A DNA stretch of 64,000 nucleotides from Myxococcota bacterium (GTDB lineage: Bacteria; Myxococcota_A; UBA796; UBA2385): the NCBI GenBank assembly GCA_044344255.1, contig JBIJDH010000004.1, forward strand, positions 128,001 through 192,000. Reading direction: 5' to 3'. Both the position numbers and the translations under genes were made by a program. Position 1 is the first letter of the stretch; the number at the start of each line of letters is the position of its first letter. The notes under the pieces are model-generated. The model did no database searches. It saw nothing but the letters and a program-made list of their open reading frames with translations, and was not told the origin of the DNA. Of this stretch, positions 1 through 10,750 are shown one piece after another.

Positions 1-1532
1 GCGATGTAGTGGTCCCCGTAGACCGGGTTGCGCGGGCTCTCCCCCTTCGCGGTGAAGAAGGTGACCTTGCTCGGCACCTTGATGCCCGTCTCGTCAACCA
101 CCGTGAAGTGAACGGAGCCGGGGCGGGGGCTCGCGAGGACGGCGGTGACCTCGCCGTCCTCCTCCACCGTGAAGGCGCTCCGGGTGCCGTCGGGGCGGCC
201 CTCGGCGTGCACCAGGAGCTCCCAGTCGCCCACAGGCAGGGTGCCGCCGAAGGAGCCGTCGACCCGTCGGTCGTCGATTCCCACGTCGGTCTCGAATTCG
301 GAGAAGGGGGCCTCGTCGCCCGGCTTGAAGATGAGCACGTGGGCGCCCGGGACGGCGACGCCGGTGCCCTCTTCGACCACCTGACCCGTGATCCGCCCCA
401 CCTTGTCGCCGCGGGCCTCGAGCACGGCGTCGAGCGCGCTGCCGACGTCTCCTGCGCCGACGCCGAACCACCGCTCATAGAAGAGGGCGGTGCCAGCGGG
501 GAAGCGCTCGCGGCCCACGCCGGGGGTGGCCGCGCCGATCGCGACCGTCTGGGAGCTCGTGAACATCGGGATGAAGAGCAGGCCCTCGTTCGGGAGCAGG
601 GCGTAGCTGACGCCGTCGGCGGTGCCGGCGATGTAGGGCAGCGCGATCGGGTTGGTGGCGGTGTTGACGCCGGAGACGAGCAGCTCGGAGACGTAGCTCT
701 CCTCGTCGAAGCCCACGCCCGGGGTGAAGACGTCGACGCTGCCACCCTGGAGGTAGAAGTCGCCGAAGGCGAGCCCGCCCAGGCCGCTGGCCTCGGTGTC
801 CTCGTCGGCCTCGATGTTCTTGTCGAGGGCGACGTTGATCAGGGGGAGGGTGTCGTTGGAGGTGATCGCGGCCTCGGCCTCGATGACGACGTCGCAGGGG
901 GCCTCGGCGCCCACCACGGCCACCGTGCGGATCTTGACGGCCCCCATCCCCGGCTCGAGGATGTAGTCGGTGCGCATCGCGAAGTACGGCCGCTCCCCTG
1001 CCCACTGGAAGGTCCAGAGGGCGTCGAGGAGGGTGAGGAAGGACTTCTCGGGGCCGGTGGTGCAGATGATCGCCGCCCCGCCGTCGCTCCCATCGTTGAT
1101 GATCTGGACCGTGCCCGCGTCTTCGTCGGCCTCCTGCACGTTGAGGTTCACCGTGGCGAAGACCTCGGAGAGGCGGTCATTTCCCTTGCCGTGGAGGTAC
1201 CGCGGGTCCAGCCGCTGGAGATCGGCGTCGACGATGCTCCCGCCCGACGTGTGGGGGCCGGGGCTCACCCGCGCGTCGAGGATCGCGAGGCGGATGCGGT
1301 CATTCTCGAGGATGTAGTCGCCGGGCCGCGCCACGGCCTTGGGGCCGCCGATGGTCTCGGTGAGGTCCCCGATCTCGAAGGCCCGGGCGTAGGGCTCCGT
1401 ATTCCCGCAGCCGCCGATACCGCTGAGGCCGAGCAGGGCCAAAAGCGGGGCGGGGGCCGCGCGGGCACCCCCCAGGCGTCTGGCGGTGGGGGTGGGCCGG
1501 GAGGATGTGTGCGGGGGGGGCTGGACGCGCAT
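1..1532 (-). CDS. Large lipoprotein, N-terminal part; carboxypeptidase-regulatory-like domains, probably CehA/McbA-type metallohydrolase family (runs off window start)
   Basis: Not in the ORF track. ATG at 1532 with GGAG upstream; reads MRVQPPP...LLALLGLSGIGGC-GNTEPYARAFEIGDLTETIGGPKAVARPGDYILENDRIRLAIL...GGSIVDADL; high GC3; lipobox-like GGC. The catalytic part would lie outside the window. Confidence 0.7.
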   Translation of the reverse strand, partial: MRVQPPPHTSSRPTPTARRLGGARAAPAPLLALLGLSGIGGCGNTEPYARAFEIGDLTETIGGPKAVARPGDYILENDRIRLAILDARVSPGPHTSGGSIVDADLQRLDPRYLHGKGNDRLSEVFATVNLNVQEADEDAGTVQIINDGSDGGAAIICTTGPEKSFLTLLDALWTFQWAGERPYFAMRTDYILEPGMGAVKIRTVAVVGAEAPCDVVIEAEAAITSNDTLPLINVALDKNIEADEDTEASGLGGLAFGDFYLQGGSVDVFTPGVGFDEESYVSELLVSGVNTATNPIALPYIAGTADGVSYALLPNEGLLFIPMFTSSQTVAIGAATPGVGRERFPAGTALFYERWFGVGAGDVGSALDAVLEARGDKVGRITGQVVEEGTGVAVPGAHVLIFKPGDEAPFSEFETDVGIDDRRVDGSFGGTLPVGDWELLVHAEGRPDGTRSAFTVEEDGEVTAVLASPRPGSVHFTVVDETGIKVPSKVTFFTAKGESPRNPVYGDHYI

Positions 1533-1569
1533 GGTCTCCATAGAATATTGAGGAAGCCTCGGAAGGGCC

Positions 1570-2733
1570 ATGCGCAAACAAGATCTCTCTCCCCTCGCTT
1601 CCTCCCCCGCCACCCCGCTGGCGCCTTCGTCGCGTCGGCCCGCACTTCTGCCGGCCTTCGCCCTGGTGCTCGGCTGCCTGTCGGGCGGCGTCGCGCTCGC
1701 GGGAGACGACGAGAAGCCCGCGCTGCCCAAGCCCGAGCCCTACATCCTCCTCCAGGTCTGGGGCACCGCCTACGACCAGGATCAAGACCCCATCGCCGAT
1801 CCGGCCAGCTACGGCGATCCGGAGGACGACATGGGCTTCAAGGTCCGGCGCGCGCGCTTCGGCTTCCGCGGTGACGCCGACGGCATCCGCTACGCCGTGG
1901 TCGCCGGGGTCAGCGCCCCCTACGACCAGATGCTCGACACCCCGGATGACGACATCGGGCTGGTCGACGCCTACGCCGGCTTCAAGGTGGTCAAGGGCCT
2001 CTGGCTCTCGGGCGGCCTCCAGGAGGTCCCCCTCTCGCGCGAGCACCTGATGAGCTCCGGCGATCTCGTCTTGGCTGAGCGCACCGCCGGCACCCAGTGG
2101 ATGATCCCCGATCGAGAGGTCGGCCTCGTCTTCGACGGGCGCTTTGGCCCCGATGACAAGACCCGCGCCCGGGTGCGCCTCGGCGCCTTCAACGGCAACG
2201 GGGACCTCTTCACCGACGACAACGCCGGTAAGCTCGTCACCGCCCGCGCCGAGTTCGCGACCGGCGGCAACGCCTACGAGACGTGGGGCAAGGTGAACAA
2301 GGTCACGGTCGGCTTCGCCGGCGACTTCTTCATGAACCCGTCGATCTCGACGGACACCCTCGGCTACGGCGCAGACCTCATCTTCCGCGTCCAGGGCCTC
2401 GCCGTGCTGGTGGAGGGCCACATGGCCACCATCTCCCCTGCGAACAGCGACCTGGACCAGCCCGGCGTGCTCGAGGACACCACCCGCACGAGCGTCGTCG
2501 CCCAGGCCGGCTACTCCGTCCAGCACTTCGAGCCCGCCGTGCGCTTCGGGATGTTCGACGACAACGGGAGCAACGACGACAATGGTGACGTCGGCGAGGT
2601 GAGCGGCGGCCTCACCTACCACATGCGGAAGGACGCCCTGCGCTTCGGCGGCGCCTACGTGGCGCGGCTCGAGCTCCAGGGCACCGAGATCCCGAACGAC
2701 ACCGTCCGGCTCTGGGCGCAGCTCCGCTACTGA
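1570..2733 (+). CDS. Outer-membrane porin (OprO/OprP-like beta-barrel)
   Basis: Signal peptide; FKVRRARFGFRG, LVDAYAGF, DREVGL, GAFNGNG; C-terminal strand LWAQLRY. Confidence 0.75.
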   Translation: MRKQDLSPLASSPATPLAPSSRRPALLPAFALVLGCLSGGVALAGDDEKPALPKPEPYILLQVWGTAYDQDQDPIADPASYGDPEDDMGFKVRRARFGFRGDADGIRYAVVAGVSAPYDQMLDTPDDDIGLVDAYAGFKVVKGLWLSGGLQEVPLSREHLMSSGDLVLAERTAGTQWMIPDREVGLVFDGRFGPDDKTRARVRLGAFNGNGDLFTDDNAGKLVTARAEFATGGNAYETWGKVNKVTVGFAGDFFMNPSISTDTLGYGADLIFRVQGLAVLVEGHMATISPANSDLDQPGVLEDTTRTSVVAQAGYSVQHFEPAVRFGMFDDNGSNDDNGDVGEVSGGLTYHMRKDALRFGGAYVARLELQGTEIPNDTVRLWAQLRY

Positions 2734-3153
2734 GGCGGCTGCTGCGGCGTGGACCACCCGTCAGGGTGGCTCCACCGCGACCCCGGCCTCGCGCCTCGAC
2801 GAGCCTCAGCGACAGCCGAAAGGTGTCGACACAGGGGGCGACACAGGGGGGCGACTCGGCGCTGTCTCATCGACCCCTCCACGCGCGCGCTCGCTGGCGA
2901 CCGAGCCAAATGGGGAGGAGCGCGGCCGGGGGGGCGAGGAGGTCAGCCGGATCGGCGACATGATGCACCGCCACGGGGCCGTCTCGCGACAGCAGAGGCA
3001 GGCCGAGCGCAGGGAGCAGCTGGGCCCCGCCCGTGAGCGCCGCCCCGAGCACCTCCTGGTAGACCGCGGAGGCATCGGCGGACAGCTGAATGTAGTCCGA
3101 AATTGGCCTATGCTGTCCGCGCGTGGCCGGGATCTGCGGCCGAGGAGTCACCG

Positions 3154-4581
3154 ATGAGCGGGCACCACAACAAACGGGCGTACTTTCTGCTGACCTCCGC
3201 GCTTGCCCTCGCCTTGTCCGGCTGTGGCGGCGACAAAGGGGGCAGCGCGGATGGCTCGGAGGAGAGCGAGGGCTCCGACGGCGCGGATGGCTCCGACGGC
3301 GCGGACGGGGGGTCCAACGAGAACGGTGCCCTCTTCGACTGTTATGAGTACGCCTCTGGGGAGTCGGGAGGATCCGACTACACCCCTCTCCTCACCGAGG
3401 ATCAGATCGACGCCCTCGACATCGAGATGAATTACCCGTCCGGCGCCTCCATCGCGGCCATCCGGGCGAGCTCGGCCTACCTCGAGGCCGAGGGGCTCCT
3501 GCGGGTCTCTCTCGTCGGTCTCGTCGACGTCAACGAGGCTGACCCCTCCACGCCCTTCAAGTTCACCGATGTCCCCCTCACCGACATGGCAGCGGACAAC
3601 TTCACGGTGGAGGTAGACGGTGTGGCGGTGAGCCCCGAGGACGTGACCTGCAGCTCCAATCCCGAGACGCCGACCACCATCGTCTTTCTCGTGGACGTGA
3701 CGGGCTCCATGACCCCAGCTATCGACGCCGTCCGCGGGTCATTGACCGACTTCATAGAAGCCGCCACCGCCTATGGCTTCAGCGGGAAGATCGGGGTGGC
3801 CACCTATCAGGACACGGTCGGCGTGAACGTTCCTTTCGAAGACTGCTCAGATGTGAGCGGAATTATCCCAGAACGGTCGCCCTTCTATCCACCCGTCTCC
3901 GTCTCCGACGAGGCGGGAATCGAGGAGCTCCGGGGCTTCATCGAGGCGCTCCACGCCGACGGCGGCAGTGACTTCCCCGAGAACCTCGCCGCAGGCGTGG
4001 ACTTCGTCGCCAACAACGTGGTCGGTTATTCGAGTGACGGAGCACCGAACATCATCGGGGATGGGGTGGATGATCCGCAGTGGATCTCCCCTTGGCCGAT
4101 CGACGAGGAGGCCGGTCTCGTGATGGTGGTCGCCATCACAGACGCCACCTTTCATCGGTCCGGGGAGGACTCGGACCACGTGTACGGGGACTACGCCGCC
4201 CGCGACCTTGCGGAGATCGCCCTCGACCTCGACGGGGTCATCGTCAGCACGATTGACCCTGCCGTGCTCGACGAGGCGAAGAAGATCGACGAGCTCGAGG
4301 CCGAGGTAGATCCGGACTTCTGGCCGAAGTACTCGGGGGGCGTTGGCGCGGACAACGTCGACATCGAATATTACGGCATCGGGGAGGACATCAGCCTCTT
4401 CGACCTGGAGCTCTTGGTGCTCGGCGAGGGTCTGCTTGAGATCCCCTTGGCCCCAGCGATCTCCTCCACCTGCCTCTTGTCCATTCACCTCGACGACACC
4501 CCCGTCGAGGTGGGAGTGACCATCACCCACGACGCGGACGCGGTGAGCTACTCGCTCAGCCCGAACGTCATCGCCCTGTGA
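3154..4581 (+). CDS. Lipoprotein with VWA domain
   Basis: ATG 3154 after GAGGAG; lipobox LSGC; DGS/DGA linker; MIDAS motif FLVDVTGSM; DGGSDFPEN and AITDATFH. Confidence 0.75.
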   Translation: MSGHHNKRAYFLLTSALALALSGCGGDKGGSADGSEESEGSDGADGSDGADGGSNENGALFDCYEYASGESGGSDYTPLLTEDQIDALDIEMNYPSGASIAAIRASSAYLEAEGLLRVSLVGLVDVNEADPSTPFKFTDVPLTDMAADNFTVEVDGVAVSPEDVTCSSNPETPTTIVFLVDVTGSMTPAIDAVRGSLTDFIEAATAYGFSGKIGVATYQDTVGVNVPFEDCSDVSGIIPERSPFYPPVSVSDEAGIEELRGFIEALHADGGSDFPENLAAGVDFVANNVVGYSSDGAPNIIGDGVDDPQWISPWPIDEEAGLVMVVAITDATFHRSGEDSDHVYGDYAARDLAEIALDLDGVIVSTIDPAVLDEAKKIDELEAEVDPDFWPKYSGGVGADNVDIEYYGIGEDISLFDLELLVLGEGLLEIPLAPAISSTCLLSIHLDDTPVEVGVTITHDADAVSYSLSPNVIAL

Positions 4582-4661
4582 CGGAGACGACCGCGTGACC
4601 CTCGAGGGGCCACTGGACCGCCGAGTTCGTCACCCCGGGGGCTCGCGCGGAGCGCCCGGGC

Positions 4662-5864
4662 CTACGGCGCCCCGACCGACGGCTGGTCATTCGTGTGGCA
4701 GTGGACGCCGCCCCCCGCGTACCAGGACTCGAGCGTCTCGATGATGTGCACCTCGCGCCCGGGGAACCACTCTTCGAGCTGCGCCTTCGCAGCATCATCG
4801 GTGGCGGGGTTGTCAAAGCCCACGGTCGCCACGAAGCCGTCGCCGACCAGCCAGTTCATGTAGTCGGTGTCGAAGGTGGCGTCGCGATACGCGACGGCGC
4901 CGGCGATGGGCCAGCGGATGACCTCGAGGCCGGCGGCTTCGATGCGCGCCGCGGCGTCGTCGTAGATGAGGTCGTCGTGCCCGTCGGGCTGGCAGTGGCT
5001 GTCGGCCGAGCAGTCGGGGACCACCACCCGCTCGGCGTCGATGAAGCGGGCGATGCCGTCGATGTGGCCGTTCGTGAGGTCGCCCTCCGGGGCCCCCTCG
5101 ACCAGCACCACGCGGCTGACCCCAAAGCGCGCCTCGAGGGCGGCCTTCACCTGCTCCTCGGTGATGCCCGGGTTGCGCGCGGGATCGCCGATGGTGCTCC
5201 AGTTGAGGAGGACGGTGTCTACGCCGTTGAACTCGAGGTTCCCGCGCTCGTGTACGATGTCTACTGGATCGACCGACAGGCCGAGGTAGGCCCCGACCGC
5301 GACCGGGACCGCGTCGTCCGCCGCGTAGGGGATGCCCGCGCCGAAGGCCCCGCCCCAAGCGTCGAAGCCCCAGTCCTGGATCCGCAGCTCGCCGCCCTCC
5401 AGCACGTAGGTGGGCCCGTTGTCGCGCATCCAGGCGCTGTCGTTGGCGATCTCGTGCCAGGTGATGTGGAAGCCCCGAGCGGAGACCGCGCCGCCGATCA
5501 CCTCGGCCGTCAGCCCACCGTCTTCGGCGAGGGAGGCCTCCGCGCTCGCGCGGGTTTGTTCATCGTTGACGAGGAGGTGGACCTCTTCGTATTGGAGTAC
5601 GGTCGCGACGATGCGGGAGAAGGCGACCTCGTAGGAGCGCTCCCAGCGTTGGGGCCACTGCATCCACACAGCGTCCTGGGGCTCCCACTCGGCGGGGACG
5701 CGGGTGTCGTCGGAGGAGCCGTCGGCGCCGCCGCTGTCCTCACCCTCTCCCGAGCACCCGGCCCCGGCGCAGCCCTTGTCGGGGGCCCCCTCGCGGGCGC
5801 AGGCCGCGAGCAGGACGAGCAAGCCGAAGGAGGCGGAGCGGCTGCGGGAGCGGTGGGTGAACAT
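4662..5864 (-). CDS. Agmatine deiminase / peptidylarginine deiminase family lipoprotein
   Basis: ATG 5864 after AGGAGG; LLAAC lipobox; VPAEWEPQDAVWMQWP, DSAWMRDNGP, HERGNLEFNG, TNGHIDG, GGGVHCHTN. Confidence 0.88.
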   Translation of the reverse strand: MFTHRSRSRSASFGLLVLLAACAREGAPDKGCAGAGCSGEGEDSGGADGSSDDTRVPAEWEPQDAVWMQWPQRWERSYEVAFSRIVATVLQYEEVHLLVNDEQTRASAEASLAEDGGLTAEVIGGAVSARGFHITWHEIANDSAWMRDNGPTYVLEGGELRIQDWGFDAWGGAFGAGIPYAADDAVPVAVGAYLGLSVDPVDIVHERGNLEFNGVDTVLLNWSTIGDPARNPGITEEQVKAALEARFGVSRVVLVEGAPEGDLTNGHIDGIARFIDAERVVVPDCSADSHCQPDGHDDLIYDDAAARIEAAGLEVIRWPIAGAVAYRDATFDTDYMNWLVGDGFVATVGFDNPATDDAAKAQLEEWFPGREVHIIETLESWYAGGGVHCHTNDQPSVGAP

Positions 5865-5966
5865 GGGATCCTCCTGAGCGGGGCCCCATAGCGCCCAGCG
5901 CGGCCCCTGAGCTACCCTCCTTGGATTGCGCGCCTCTCCCGCCCGAGCTTCCCGTAGGATCGTCCG

Positions 5967-6824
5967 TTGAACTGGACCCGCCACCCCGACGCCGCCTCCT
6001 TCCTGGCCACCGCCGGGCCGATGCTCGAGGCCGATCTGCTCCTCAACCAGACGCCGCTCGGCGTGGCGCGGCAGATCGTCGCGGAGCCCAGCCGGTGGCC
6101 CGACCCGCGCCTGTACACGGTGCACGGAGACGATGGCGCGGTGCTCGGCACGGTGCTGCAGACACCGCCTTGGTTGCCGCACGTCTCCGACATGCCCCTG
6201 CCGGCGCTCGTCTTCGCCGCCGGCCGCTTCGCGGACGCGCACCGGGACGCCGGGGGCGTCTTTGGCTCGGAGGAGGCCGCCATCGCGTTCGCGGCTGTGC
6301 TCCTCACGCGTCGAGACGGCGTGTCGAGCGTCGACGTGGAGCGGATGGGGCTCTTCGAGCTCACCGCCGTGGCGGAGGTCCCGCGGCCGCCCGGTCGGTT
6401 TCGGAGGGCCCGCCCCTCGGACGCGCCCCTGTTGCAGCGCTGGATCGAGGCGTTCACCGCTGAGGCCGTGCCACACGAGCCTCCTCCCGGCCCGACCGCT
6501 GGGGAGCGGGCCATCGCGCGGGGCGGTGTCCGGTTCTGGGAGGTGGAGGGCGATTCGGTCGCCTATGCCAACTTCGGCCGTGACCTCGGCACCCACGTGA
6601 GCATCGGGCCGGTGTTTACGCCGCCGGAGCGGCGCGGTCGTGGCTTCGCCACTGGGCTCGTCGCCGAGATGAGCGCCGCGGCGCTGGCCGAGGGTCGGGT
6701 CGGCTGCACGCTGTTCACGGACCTCGCGAACCCGACGTCCAACCGCATCTACGAGCGGATTGGGTACGTCCGGGTCGGGACGATGCGGCGGATCGGGTTC
6801 GTCACGGACGAACACGCGATCTGA
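5967..6824 (+). CDS. GNAT family acetyltransferase (FR47-like C-terminal domain)
   Basis: IGPVFTPPERRGRGFA acetyl-CoA motif; LFTDLANPTSNRIYERIGY. Confidence 0.88.
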   Translation: MNWTRHPDAASFLATAGPMLEADLLLNQTPLGVARQIVAEPSRWPDPRLYTVHGDDGAVLGTVLQTPPWLPHVSDMPLPALVFAAGRFADAHRDAGGVFGSEEAAIAFAAVLLTRRDGVSSVDVERMGLFELTAVAEVPRPPGRFRRARPSDAPLLQRWIEAFTAEAVPHEPPPGPTAGERAIARGGVRFWEVEGDSVAYANFGRDLGTHVSIGPVFTPPERRGRGFATGLVAEMSAAALAEGRVGCTLFTDLANPTSNRIYERIGYVRVGTMRRIGFVTDEHAI

Positions 6825-6971
6825 CCGTCCGAGCCGGTGGTGCCGGTCAGTGCCGGGGACAGAGACGGACGGCTTGCGCCTCCTCACCTGAACGCGCTAT
6901 CAGGTGGGACAGAAGACAGCCGGTCACCGAAGGGGCGGCAGGCGGCGCGGCATAGGCGACAAGGGGGACGG

Positions 6972-7556
6972 ATGAAGTACATCTCTGGCCTGATCTCGGG
7001 GCTCCTGCTGGCTGCAGGTTGTGCCACCACGACGACCGAGCGTCTGATCCTGCCGCAGCTCGAGACGGTCGCGCACGTCGATCTCGCTCGATACCTTGGC
7101 ACCTGGTACGAGATCGCCAACTTTCCGCAGAGCTTCCAGCGCGGCTGTACGGGGACAACCGCGACCTACTCGCTGCGCGCCGACGGTGACATCGACGTCC
7201 TCAATCGGTGCCGCGTCGACTCTCTCGACGGCAAGGAGAAGTCGTCGCTCGGCAGAGCCCGGGTTGTCGACAGCTCCACAAACGCGAAGCTCGAGGTCAG
7301 CTTCTTTCGCCCCTTTTGGGGGGACTACTGGATCATCAACCTCGCGGACGACTACTCGTACGCGGTCGTGGGCCACCCCGGCCGGGACTACCTGTGGATC
7401 CTCGCGCGCGCGCCGACGATGCCCCAGGACACCTACCAGACCATCGTGGACCGCCTCCAGGCCCAGGGCTACGAGGTCGCCCGCCTTGTCCCGACGCTGC
7501 AGGTGGCCCCGGCGGAGCCTGTCGGCCGCCCGGAGATCGCTCCGACACCGAGGTGA
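6972..7556 (+). CDS. blc: Bacterial lipocalin lipoprotein
   Basis: LAAGC lipobox; VDLARYLGTWYEIA, KLEVSFFRPFWGDYWII, YLWILAR. Confidence 0.92.
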   Translation: MKYISGLISGLLLAAGCATTTTERLILPQLETVAHVDLARYLGTWYEIANFPQSFQRGCTGTTATYSLRADGDIDVLNRCRVDSLDGKEKSSLGRARVVDSSTNAKLEVSFFRPFWGDYWIINLADDYSYAVVGHPGRDYLWILARAPTMPQDTYQTIVDRLQAQGYEVARLVPTLQVAPAEPVGRPEIAPTPR

Positions 7557-7619
7557 AGCGGGTCGCCCGCAGAGGAGGGGCGGCTGGGTGGGACCGAATC
7601 GCGCGAGCTGGAGGAGCCG

Positions 7620-9440
7620 ATGACGAAGATCCGGGGCGCTCGCCCCACGCTTGTGGGGGCATTTGCATTCGCCGTCGGGTGTGGCCCGCCCGACGCCCCC
7701 GATGGGAAGGGCGGCTCCGCCCCGGCGGCGGACACCGCCCCCGACACCGCCCCCGACACGGCGCGGGACAGCGCCGTGGACACGGCGGGCGACTCGCCGG
7801 CCGACTCTGGGGGCGACACGGGCGGAGACACCGCCGGTGACACCGCCCCGCCCCCCGACGACTGCGATCCCGCGTCGGAGGCGGCCGTCACGCTCTGTGC
7901 CGATCGATTCTGGGACCAGGAGCTCGACGCCACGAGCCGCGCCGAGCTCGACGCCGCGCTGGTCGACATGCCTGCGGAGCTGCGTGACCCGGCGCTCGAA
8001 GACCCGGTGTTGCGGGCGCGCCAGCTCCAGTGGGCGATCGTCGCGGCGAACGCGCTTACCGCCGTGACGGTCGTCGTGCTGCTCCCCGATGGCACCTACG
8101 ACTTCACCGGGCTCGACCTGGCGCACCCCTCGGTTCCAGCGGCGGACGTCTACCAACAGCCGCTCCGGCCCAAGCTCTTCGTCCGGCGAGACGACGTGAC
8201 CCTCCGCGCCGCCCGCGAAGGCGCCGCCCCGGTGCTCACCGCCAGCGGGCCGGGGGCAGACGGCGTCCACCACGGCCGCGTCTTCCTGCTCCTGGACAGC
8301 AGCGCCACCGGGCTGGTCGTCGAGGGGCTCACCTTCCGCGGCGACGCCGAGAGCGCGAGCTTCACCGATCCCGCACGATCGCTGCATGAGAACGACGCCT
8401 CGCTCACCTTCCGTGGCCAGTGGGGCTTCGCGATGGTGGGGCTCAATGGGGGGGCGAACCACGCGCGCTTCGATGGCTGTCACTTCGAGCGTGTGAACGG
8501 GAACGCGATCAGCGCCGTCGGACTGCTCACCGTCACTGACTCTGTCTTCGAGGGGGCGCTGCCCGACCCCGAGGAGGCCGATCCTCAGGCCGCGACGGAG
8601 GCGCTCTATGACGCGATCACCGCCGAGCGCGGCGTGTCTCCAGGAATGGACTTCCACGCGGGCGTCCGGCGCGCCTATGCCTATGGGCCGACGGTGGTGG
8701 AGCGCAGCTCGTTCACGGGCTTCGTCGAGGGCGTCGTGATGTCGGCGGACGCCTACTCCGTACGCGTGGCAGACAGCACCTTCACCGCGATCTACGACCA
8801 CGGCGTGTATGTGCTCGGCGATGCGGCCGGGAGCGAGATCGAGGGCAATGAGTTCGAGCGGATCGGCAACGGCGCGGTCAAGTTCGCCGGCCACACCGAG
8901 GAGGCCGACCCCGCGCTCAGCCTCGCGGGGCTCCACGATGGGGCGGTCCGCGACAACCGCTTCCTCCAGATGCGGAACGGCGCGATGCAGGTGTCCGGCG
9001 TGCGCAACGAGATCGCGCGGAACGAGGTGGTCGCGTACGACGCGTCCGCTGACCCCACCGGCTGGTACGACCCCTTCCAGCGGCCCGGCTACCACTACCC
9101 GGACGCGTTCTTGATCACGGAGGCGGGGCAGGCCGGGTGGGCCAACCACATCTGGGGCAACACCTTCGAGGACAACACGACCACGGACGGAGACTTCGAG
9201 CTCTTCCTCCAGCAGCGCCCGAACGTGGCGGACCGCAGCATCTCGGAGAACGTGGTGTCCGGCGCGGGACAGACCGTGTACTTCCGCCACCTCGTACCCT
9301 GTGACGAGAACCCAGCGTCCTGTTCGAGCTATTCGCCCTCGATCACCGTCGACAGTGGCGCGACGCTTGTGTTTGGCGCGCCGGCGGACTGCGCCGACTG
9401 TTACCCTTCAGACACCGGATACATCGCCGAGCTGCCCTGA
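7620..9440 (+). CDS. Lipoprotein with right-handed parallel beta-helix repeats (pectin-lyase-like fold)
   Basis: AVGC lipobox; DTA/DSG linker; repeated xIEGNxF / VRDNxF / IWGNTF beta-helix motifs. Confidence 0.65.
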   Translation: MTKIRGARPTLVGAFAFAVGCGPPDAPDGKGGSAPAADTAPDTAPDTARDSAVDTAGDSPADSGGDTGGDTAGDTAPPPDDCDPASEAAVTLCADRFWDQELDATSRAELDAALVDMPAELRDPALEDPVLRARQLQWAIVAANALTAVTVVVLLPDGTYDFTGLDLAHPSVPAADVYQQPLRPKLFVRRDDVTLRAAREGAAPVLTASGPGADGVHHGRVFLLLDSSATGLVVEGLTFRGDAESASFTDPARSLHENDASLTFRGQWGFAMVGLNGGANHARFDGCHFERVNGNAISAVGLLTVTDSVFEGALPDPEEADPQAATEALYDAITAERGVSPGMDFHAGVRRAYAYGPTVVERSSFTGFVEGVVMSADAYSVRVADSTFTAIYDHGVYVLGDAAGSEIEGNEFERIGNGAVKFAGHTEEADPALSLAGLHDGAVRDNRFLQMRNGAMQVSGVRNEIARNEVVAYDASADPTGWYDPFQRPGYHYPDAFLITEAGQAGWANHIWGNTFEDNTTTDGDFELFLQQRPNVADRSISENVVSGAGQTVYFRHLVPCDENPASCSSYSPSITVDSGATLVFGAPADCADCYPSDTGYIAELP

Positions 9441-10388
9441 GCGGGTGAGGAGGGGCTTCGGAGCGGGGGCCGGCGCCGCGTAGCTGGGGCCGGCGCCGTG
9501 GAGCAGGGGCCGGTCTGCGCGGAGCTGGGCGGTGAGGAAGTCGAGCAGGACCCGGACCCGCGGCGCCTCCTTCACGTCGGCGTGGACCGTGAGCCAGACC
9601 CCGTCGCTGGGCTCCTGGGGCATGGGGATGCGCTGTAGGCCCGCCTCGGCGTCGCCGAGGTAGCGGGGCAGCACCGCGACGCCGGCGTGGGCCAGGGCGG
9701 CGCCGAGCAGCCCGAGGGTGAGGCCGCAGACGAAGCAGGGGCTGGCGCCTCCGGTGAGCTCCCGGACCCACTGCCCCTCTGTCGAGCGCTCGTCGGTCGG
9801 CGGGGTGAGCAGGCGATGGTGGCGGAGGTCGGACGGCCCCTGAACAGGGTGCGCAGCGAGGTATTCGGGTGAGGCGTAGAGCCCGTAGCCGACGTCGGCG
9901 ACCCGCTTCACGACGAGGCTCTGCGGCCGCGAGCGGAAGAGCCGCACCGCGACGTCGGCCTCGCGGCGGCCGAGGTCGAGCACCTCGCCGCTGGCGGTGA
10001 GCTCGACGGTGAGGCCGGGGTGGGAGAGGCCGAAGCGGGCGAGCCGCGGCGCGAGATAGCTCACACCGAAGGTCTCGGGCGCGGTGACCCGCACCGGCCC
10101 CGTGAGCGCCGCGGCGGTGGTGCTGGCGGCGCGCTCGACGCGGAGCACGGCCTCCTCGACGGCGCGGAGCGACCCGAGCAGCCGCTCTCCCTCTGGGCTG
10201 AGCGCGTAGCCGGCGGCGGTGCGGGCGAAGAGGCGGAGGCCGAGCGCGGCCTCCGCGGCCTCGACGCGCCGGCCCACGGTGGTGTGGTCGACGCCGAGGA
10301 GCTTCGCCGCCCGGGCCAGCGAGCCGGCCTTGGAGAGCGCGAGGGCGTAGCGGAGATCGTCCCAGCCGAGGGCTGTGGATTTTTGCAC
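9408..10388 (-). CDS. LysR family transcriptional regulator
   Basis: GTG 10388; GWDDLRYALALSKAGSLARAAKLLGVDHTTVGRRV HTH; LGLRLFAR, GPVRVTAP, RREADVAVR. Confidence 0.93.
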   Translation of the reverse strand: MQKSTALGWDDLRYALALSKAGSLARAAKLLGVDHTTVGRRVEAAEAALGLRLFARTAAGYALSPEGERLLGSLRAVEEAVLRVERAASTTAAALTGPVRVTAPETFGVSYLAPRLARFGLSHPGLTVELTASGEVLDLGRREADVAVRLFRSRPQSLVVKRVADVGYGLYASPEYLAAHPVQGPSDLRHHRLLTPPTDERSTEGQWVRELTGGASPCFVCGLTLGLLGAALAHAGVAVLPRYLGDAEAGLQRIPMPQEPSDGVWLTVHADVKEAPRVRVLLDFLTAQLRADRPLLHGAGPSYAAPAPAPKPLLTRSGQLGDVSGV

Positions 10389-10437
10389 GGGTGCCTCGCG
10401 TCGCTGAGTCTTCTCCAGTATCTCCCGGGCGGGCATC

Positions 10438-10450
10438 TTGGGGATCCCAA
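10438..10450. promoter_or_regulatory. Putative LysR recognition box (T-N11-A, near-palindromic)
   Basis: TTGGGGATCCCAA between the divergent LysR start (10388) and lipoprotein start (10472). Confidence 0.35.
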
Positions 10451-10471
10451 CCCTTCGCCCAGGACCTCCCG

Positions 10472-10733
<262 letters not shown>

Positions 10734-10750
<17 letters not shown>

